Assembly: GCA_951406725.2 (NCBI GenBank)
Contig: OX597828.1
Coordinates: 8,680,001-8,744,000 of the forward strand
Direction of reading: 5' to 3'
DNA: 64,000 nt
From: Octopus vulgaris
Taxonomy: Eukaryota
Part shown: piece by piece, positions 56,109 to 64,000 of the stretch
Layout of the letters: each line of letters opens with the position of its first letter
Position numbering within the stretch: position 1 is the first letter of the stretch
Made by a program: the position numbers and the translations under genes
The notes under the pieces: generated by a model
What the model was told of the DNA's origin: nothing
The model's input: only the letters and a program-made list of their open reading frames with translations
Databases searched by the model: none

Positions 56109-56752
56109 CATATATATATACACATATATATATACACATATATATGTATATCTATCTATCGATCTATATATGGATACATATATACACACTGGTGTGCGTT
56201 TGTATATACATATGTATTTATATATGTATGTGTGTGTATGAATTTGTTTCATGTATTTTGTTAAATTAATTTATTTCTTGGTATGATATTAAAATATAGC
56301 AAAATAGCTAAATAAGTAATCATAAATATTTATAACTGTTTCTTCATACGGCGTGAAATTGAATGACTTCAAATGCAATAATTTATAATATTTCCTATGT
56401 TCGAACGAAAACAGAATTTACCAACTGTACTCATCTTGTTTAAATTTAAAGTTGAAAAGGAAATATATGTTGTCTGCAATTGCCATATCAATTAATCAAT
56501 CTACTTGCTCATCCACCCCTCTGACCATTCCACCCATGTCTGTCTCAATATATACGTTTTTAAGTATGTATGTATGTATGCATGCATGCATGTATGTATC
56601 TATCTATATCTATCTCTAGACAAATAGAAGAACACTCAAATATTCATAATGATAGATATAGATATAGGGAGAATGAAATACTTGTATAACTACGTACGCA
56701 AACAGCAGTTAGTAATTAAATGGCGAGAATTTTTTTTGTAAGCGCCTCATAC

Positions 56753-56811
<59 letters not shown>

Positions 56812-56861
56812 TGGACATATATATGTACATATATATTTATGTATGTATGTATACCTATATA

Positions 56862-56910
<49 letters not shown>

Positions 56911-57977
56911 ATACATATTTGTATGTGCATGCTTGTGTGTGTGTGTATGTATTCATGTATAAGAATATATATATATATATTTATATTTATATATATATAC
57001 ACACACACGTGTGTCCATGTATAATATAAGCAGTCAAATATCAATTGAATCATCTTGTCTTTCATTCCTATATTGTATTTTAGTCTATTGCACAATATGC
57101 ATCAATGTATAACACCTATCATCATGCTTTGTTTTAACGTGTCGACAATTTCTTTTTAATACCGAGTATTTTAGAAAAATACCATATCGAGATCCACACA
57201 TGTTTAATGATATACTGTTCCTCATTTTGTCAATGACTGTTTTCTATATCAATTGACATTTTAACATAAGGAGTATTATTTTTTGGAACGTTTTAACCGA
57301 TTAATATGTATTTTTTTAAATGTTCAGTAAATGAATTACTAGAGTTAGCGGTTTAAGATGCATTCGTGCATTTCTTTCAACCTCAGACTTGCGTTGAACT
57401 TTCTTATTTATATGGCCTCACAGACTAAACTCTTTCATTTGTTATAATCATTTCTTTATAATAAACAGACAAAATATTTATTTCAATAACGAACGGTTTT
57501 GGAAATATGAACTCTGAAGATGCGTTGTTGATTTGACCCACTCATCATCACTACAATGGGTTCAAATGCACTCTTATTTTGAATAATACATTAGTTAGAA
57601 AGTTTGTATACGAATAAATAATTTCTATAAGACATAGAAATGGTTCATCCTTTTTTTACTGTTTGTCTTTTTTGGTAGCTCTCATTTTTTCGACACAAGA
57701 ACACATATATATTTTTATGAACATGTATAACGTATATATACATAAATACAAACACAAACACTGACACACACACACAAACACACACACACACGCACACACA
57801 CATACACACACCTATACACACACACAAACACACAAACACACACACAAGCACACATATATGTATGTATTTATGCACGAACGTATGTGTGTGAATATTTAAG
57901 TACATATATGTATACCCTCTCTTGATAAAGTTGTTAGTCAGTGTTGTTTAAATAAATTAGTAATTATGTCTCCAACC

Positions 57978-58060
57978 AAATGGCGGTGCCCCAGCAAATG
58001 GCGGTGCCCCAGCATGGCCACAGCTCATGAGCTGAAACTAGAATCAATCAATCAATCAAC
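57978..58060 (+). mobile_element. Short LINE-type 3' tail with duplicated 18-mer and (ATCA)n tail
   Basis: aaatggcggtgccccagc x2, then atggccacagctcatgagctgaaactag. Confidence 0.65.
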
Positions 58061-58860
58061 CTAAAATCAGGAACCGTCCAATTTTATTTACGCAAAATTA
58101 TAGTAGTAGACACATCTTCAAAACGCAATCCATGACCCTTGAGCCCCAAAGGCATTTAATTACGAAATCTTGACAAACCTACTATGTCTCCAAGTTTTAT
58201 TTTACCATCTATAAAATTAACGACTGCAAAGTGGATGTTGGCAATGTGATTGAGTTCTGAACATAAATGATCGTAACAAGGCTGTGTCATTTCTCTGATG
58301 CATCGTTATATTTCGAATGTCTTCCGCTATACATTATTTAAGCAAAACTATTAGATGAAATATTACAAATAAGCAAATAAGCTAATAAACAGATAAATGA
58401 TCTGATATTATCACAAAATAAAGGAAGCTACTACACCAGTTTATATGAGGTTGTTTTGAAACAGCTTACATGATTCCACTATGATACAATCTGATGATAT
58501 ATATATATATATATATAGATATATATATATATATTGTCATTATATTTCGAATAAACATTTGTATTCAATTCTGTTTAAATTGATTTGTTTTCTTCTCATC
58601 CTGTCTATATCCTGACGTAAATCTGATCCTTTGTTCTGGAAACTAAAGAAAAGATAATAAATAATAGAAATTCCATTCTAATCAATAGCTTATCAATTAA
58701 TAATCTGTTAATGTATGTACTGTGGAGTAATCATTAATTACCAAACGTCAATCCTAGTCACAGCATGGAACTTCATCGTACTCAGAAATTCAATTAATGT
58801 ATATTGTTTTCCGTTTTCGCACATATATCAATGTACAAACATGCGCATATATATAATATA

Positions 58861-58949
<89 letters not shown>

Positions 58950-59119
58950 TACATATATATATATACATATATATATACGTATATATATACATATGTATAT
59001 TTATGTACGTATGTACGTATGTATATATATGTGTACAAACAGACACACACATATATACATACGCACTATGTATGCATGTTTGTATGTACATGCATTCTTT
59101 TACACACACACACACACGC

Positions 59120-59185
<66 letters not shown>

Positions 59186-59999
59186 CGTTGAATGAGTTCA
59201 CATGCGTACATTTTACAAGCATACGGTGTCGTTTTGTATGCGGAAGCCATGTATGAACCACAGGACTCAGGATGGACCTGACAAAAGCTCAAATATCTTC
59301 GACTGGTTATTGACATTCATTAAAAGTCTCTACCCGTGTTCGTGCTGCAGAGAGAGGAAGCTGTATATCAATAGTTAAAGAAAAAAAACATGCGTAATAC
59401 CCACTTTCTGTTGCATATTCGTACCAATACTTTTACCTGCAGCGTGTGTGTTAATAAATTGAGAATAATTTTAGCTCATTTATAATTTATACTTAATCTA
59501 TTCGGTAATTGAGCTTTATCGTTTTATAAAGCGTTTACATATAATGAAATGGTGTGCAAATGAATTACCATAGCTTGTTTCTCATTGAAGATTCGTTGTT
59601 ACAATACTGCATTTCTAGTGCAAAACTGTATATGGACACTCCAGTTATGAGGATAATGCACTAGTCATAATAAGTCGAAAGTGAGAGACAGAGAGAGGGA
59701 GAAAGAGAGAGAGAGAGAAACAGAGTGGGAGAGAGGGAGAGAGAAACTGGGAGAGTGCAGAAGAAAGAATTGTGGCTTTACTGCAGTGACTAATTACATA
59801 ACATATATGAATATATATCCCCATGGAACTATTAACAAACTACTGACACACACGCTGTCTCTGTACTTTAGTTTGCTATTAACATGCATGCACACACACG
59901 CACACGCAGACACACAGAAACATACACAGACACACACACGCACACGAGTATCCACACGTATATGTCTGTCATTTAGATAAAAGAGAAACTCTTCGAATT

Positions 60000-61900
60000 T
60001 CCAAGATAATTTCTTGTCGGTCTGTTTCTAAAACTGGCCACAGTGTTTCTAACTTCATCCTAGTCCTTGTCCACCAGGAACACCGGGTAACACGAGACAC
60101 CGAATGCTTTCACTATTCTGTTTGTACAGCGACCTACAATATTGTTCGTGTGCATTGTCTTTCTCTCCAGTTGCCGAACCATAGGCCTTATCGATTTCTC
60201 TGTATTAATCTTAGCACCTGCCATCGCTTCGTGTTCCCTTAAATTGGAATCGACGACCTGAAAATCCTCAGACGCTGACATCATGATCGTGGTGTTATAC
60301 ACATACATTGAAACAGCTCTCCCACATTCTAGTTCAAAGTGGGATCGTCTCAAGAGTTTTTGCTTCCGCAGTAACGGCTCCAGCGCCAGCAGGTAACGAT
60401 AACCTGACAAAGCAAACACCACTGACTGATCGAGCGCGAGATATGAAACGCTTCTGAGAAGAGGGCGTTTTGTCCCTCAGCAAGCGCCACTGTTCATTGC
60501 TGTGATGCTTGCACTGAAAAGGGCTCGAAACCGGCTGGCATTGGGACTTCTCTCAAAGTTACGATACCCGATGTTATCGAAGCCGTTGGACTGCTCCAAA
60601 TTGATCACAGCATCATGGATATCAGATTTGCTACATCTATGATGTAACACATGAAGTGGAGGTTGTTGTAGATGGATTTATTGGGCACCGCACATGTTTA
60701 AGCTCTGATCACCAAAAACACCAACTTCTTTGCCAGCACCTAGTCCAAAATTTTAAACTCTTCATTTAGTTGAGTTATGGCCCAGAAATGGTCTATAATA
60801 TTCCCTTTATTAGCGTTTTTTTTTTCAGAAAACTAACATACTTCGACTCACAGTTCGGGGAATACTCCCGTTTTGCTGCCAATTGTCATAGACCTTTGCC
60901 AAGAGGTCACCAGAATTGGAATCGACAACCTGAACAATAAGAATAAATCTTATAGGGCAGACTAATCAAACCAGGCGATTTGTCTCTGGCGCAACCACTA
61001 TATACTTTTCGCATCTTATTTGTTAGTGGAGGCACGTGCCCTAGTGGTTAGAGCAGCGGACTCGCGGGCGAGGGATCGCGGGTTTGAATCTCAAACCGGG
61101 CGATGTGTGTGTTTATGAGCGAAACACCTAAGCTCCACGCTGCTCCGGCAGAAGGTAATGGCGAGCTTCTGCTGACTCTTTCGCCACAACATTCTCTCAC
61201 TCTTTCCTCCTGCATCTTGCAGCTCACCTGCGATGGACCGGCGTCCCCTCCAGGTGGGGAACCTATACGCCAAGGAACCGGGAAACCGGCCCTTATGAGC
61301 CAGGCATGGCTCGAGAAGGAACAAACAACAAACAAACAACATATTTGTTGATACTTGTCTTTCACAATACCTAACGTCGTCTTCCGTTCAGGTAGATTTA
61401 TAATTTTCTGCGGCTTATTTCTTTCTGAACAGTCCGACAGAGTGCTACTGGAAGTCTGCAAACATTTGCTTGTAACCGCGCAGTGCGCGCCAATCCCGAT
61501 CTGTCCATAATTGAATTATAATAGTTTTGTTGCCACGTCACGGTTATACCAGCAGTCGGCTTTCGTTCCTACTTGTTTTAGCTCCGACAATTCAGCCTTC
61601 GTGTTTCGTACTCAATAAATGATCGAGGGACTACCTTGCCGCTAACAACTTGATCTCATGCCACTTCTACGCGCTTTTTTTATTTTATTAGCCAGTTCTT
61701 CTTCTAATCTATTTCTCTCCATCACTTTCTCTTTAATTGCTACTGACTGATATCTAGTTTCTCTCTTCAGGACTCCCCAACAGCACTTATTGACTACTGC
61801 TATTAACTAGGTCGCTAATCCAGTCTCCGTAGTGTTTCCACAGCAGGAAAGACGCCTTCGATTTCCAGATGTCTGGTTCCAGTCTATGAATACTAAGTAA
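60000..61900 (-). pseudogene. Decayed L1/Tx1-clade ORF2 (RT region), interrupted by a SINE
   Basis: DKSPGLISLPYKIY, ITQLNEEFKILD*VLAKKL, YLLALEPLLRK, EAMAGAKINTEKS. Confidence 0.75.
61025..61341 (+). mobile_element. Young full-length tRNA(Arg)-like SINE with (AAAC/AAC)n tail
   Basis: A box tgccctagtgg, anticodon-like ggactcgcgg, B box ggtttgaatct, tatttgtt duplicated on both sides. Confidence 0.85.
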
Positions 61901-62067
61901 AGTAACTGTGCAGATCACATATTTGATCTGAGTAGGCTGTGAGAATCAATTGGGGAAAACCTTGCATATCTTTGTCAGTTGACCTAAACAATATTCTACG
62001 TACAATCTGGAAAACACATCACTCCAAGATATCCAGCATGCTAACGATTCTGCAAGCTCTCGGTATT

Positions 62068-62086
62068 AATAATAGTAATAATAATA

Positions 62087-62118
<32 letters not shown>

Positions 62119-62174
62119 AATAATAATAATAATAATAAATTTATAATAATAACGGTGATGATGATGATTATGAA

Positions 62175-62228
<54 letters not shown>

Positions 62229-62278
62229 GATGATGATGATGATGATGATGATGACGACGACGACGATGATGATGATAA
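62068..62278. repeat. (TAA)n/(GAT)n compound microsatellite
   Basis: Direct. Confidence 0.95.
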
Positions 62279-62279
62279 C

Positions 62280-63016
62280 AGGATGACTAAAAGTGATTGA
62301 AAACCGGAAACGGAGGCTCTAATCTGTGCCGCCCAAGAGCAAGCACTAAGAACAAATTACATAAAGTGCAGAGTAGACAACACATCAGAAACTGATAAGT
62401 GCCGAATTTGTGGACAAAATTGTGTAACCGTATGGCATATTTCCAGCCAATGTACGCCACTAGCCCAGAAGGACTATAAGAGATGCCACGACAATATAGC
62501 AAGGTTTGTCCATTGGACACTACAACATGTACGGACTTGACAGAGTAAAGAATTCATACGACAACAAACCGGAAGGCATCATCGAAATGATATTGCAAAG
62601 ATCCTGTAGGATTTTATGATTCAGTGCGACCATGAGATAGAGAATAAGAAGTCCTAATTGAGAAAGAAATCAAACTATGTTGGTCCATAGATATAGCATG
62701 CCCAGCTGGCAAGTTATGCGATAAGGAAGAAAGAAAAGTCGATAGATATGACAGGTTAGCTTGGGAGGTTAAGCAGTTGCGATCGATGAAAAAGTTGGCA
62801 GCAGTACCAATAATTCTCGGAGTGTGTAAAAATCTTGCGAAATACATGGAAAAAAATAAGGGCTGCAATAAATGTTGAGCACTTTCAGAAAACAGCAATT
62901 CTTGGAACTATTCGAATACTCCGGAAGGTGCTCGAAAAGTAAGGGGTGTTGCTTTAGTTCACTGGTAGTGAACAGCTGACCATAGTACATCTCCAGCGTC
63001 AGAAGCGGTGCAAAGG

Positions 63017-63018
<2 letters not shown>
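62280..63018 (+). mobile_element. 5'-truncated R4/Dong-clade LINE: CCHC knuckle plus restriction-like endonuclease, decayed
   Basis: KPETEALICAAQEQALRTN...CRICGQNCVTVWHISSQC...RCHDNIARFVHW; DFMIQCD; IDIACP; stop near 62942. Confidence 0.85.
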
Positions 63019-63084
<66 letters not shown>

Positions 63085-63086
<2 letters not shown>

Positions 63087-63643
63087 CACTCCTCTGGAAC
63101 TTCATCATTCAAACTCACAGAAAGATAGATGCAAATAGGCCAGACATCATATTGAAAGACTTCAGAGCAAAATCATGCCTCCTCGTTGATATGACTGTCC
63201 CAATCGATATAAACGTATCTGTCAAGACCTACCAAAAACTGAGCAAGTATAAAGATTTTGAAAGAGAAATTAGCAAAATGTGGAACTTGAAGACTAAAAC
63301 AATACCTGTTGTCTATGTGCCCTGGAAATGATAGCAAAAGGGGCTGATTGCTACCTAACTCAGCTACCAGGAAACCCCAAAATCGCAGAAATTCAAAAGA
63401 TAAATGCTCATAGGAACTGCCCATATCCTACGCAAAATACATTCTAAGTAATGTCAGGTTTTAAAACAAACATAATTTTCTTATGGTTTCTTAAACATTC
63501 TCTAGAACAACACTATGTACAAAACCAAATACATGGCACCTTAGTCACAACACCGATATGTACTTCCAACTTGTTATCTCTTGAGTTCTCTGGGTGATAT
63601 TTTGAGCCAACTTGTACAAATGTAAAGAAAAATCCAAACATAA

Positions 63644-63718
<75 letters not shown>

Positions 63719-63720
63719 TT
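63085..63720 (+). mobile_element. Second, different R4/Dong-clade 3' fragment ending in (TAA)n
   Basis: TLLWNFIIQTHRKIDANRPDII..LLVDMTVP...KLSKYKD...KMWNLKTKTIPVV (PD-D/E-xK nuclease), then 3' UTR and TAA repeat. Confidence 0.88.
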
Positions 63721-64000
63721 CTAAGCATTTCAACCGACGTGCCAACGCTCGCCGCCGTAACAACAACAACAGCAGCAACAACAACAACAACAACAACAAC
63801 AATAATAATAATAATAATGATAATAGTAATAATAATAATGATTTTCTTATGTTTTGACAGACAATACTTTGTGCAAAAGTACAGATATGGTATCCTAGAC
63901 ATAATACCGCCTTGGAATTCTGACGTGTCTTTACATCTAACCTCTGTCATCAAAAGCCATCCAGTTTTCTTCAACAAGGAATATTTTACACTGTCGGCTT

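Noticed and set aside
61025-61105. Candidate tRNA-Arg gene
   Set aside because: Continues into a SINE body with tail and target duplication; no acceptor stem or terminator

Overview
AT-rich, microsatellite-saturated eukaryotic DNA with no recognisable host exon, so probably a large intron or intergenic block. The SINE families look like those of Octopus; the taxon is recalled from sequence resemblance, not searched. Almost all entries in the ORF track are microsatellite artefacts. Mobile-element content: a near-intact mariner with TIRs and TA target duplication, a decayed mariner and a mariner MITE, decayed piggyBac and Tigger/pogo transposases, non-autonomous Helitrons (one a head-to-tail dimer), two R4/Dong-type LINE 3' ends in TAA/TGA repeats, two Tx1/L1-like RT remnants, an ORF1-only element, a Penelope-like GIY-YIG remnant and many tRNA-derived SINEs, some nested. 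The most notable hidden layer is about seven minimal hammerhead-ribozyme-like motifs in several Penelope-type short repeat families, some with non-canonical cores (U3-A8, C4, U6). I see no clear wholly new multi-gene system. Boundaries of decayed elements are approximate.
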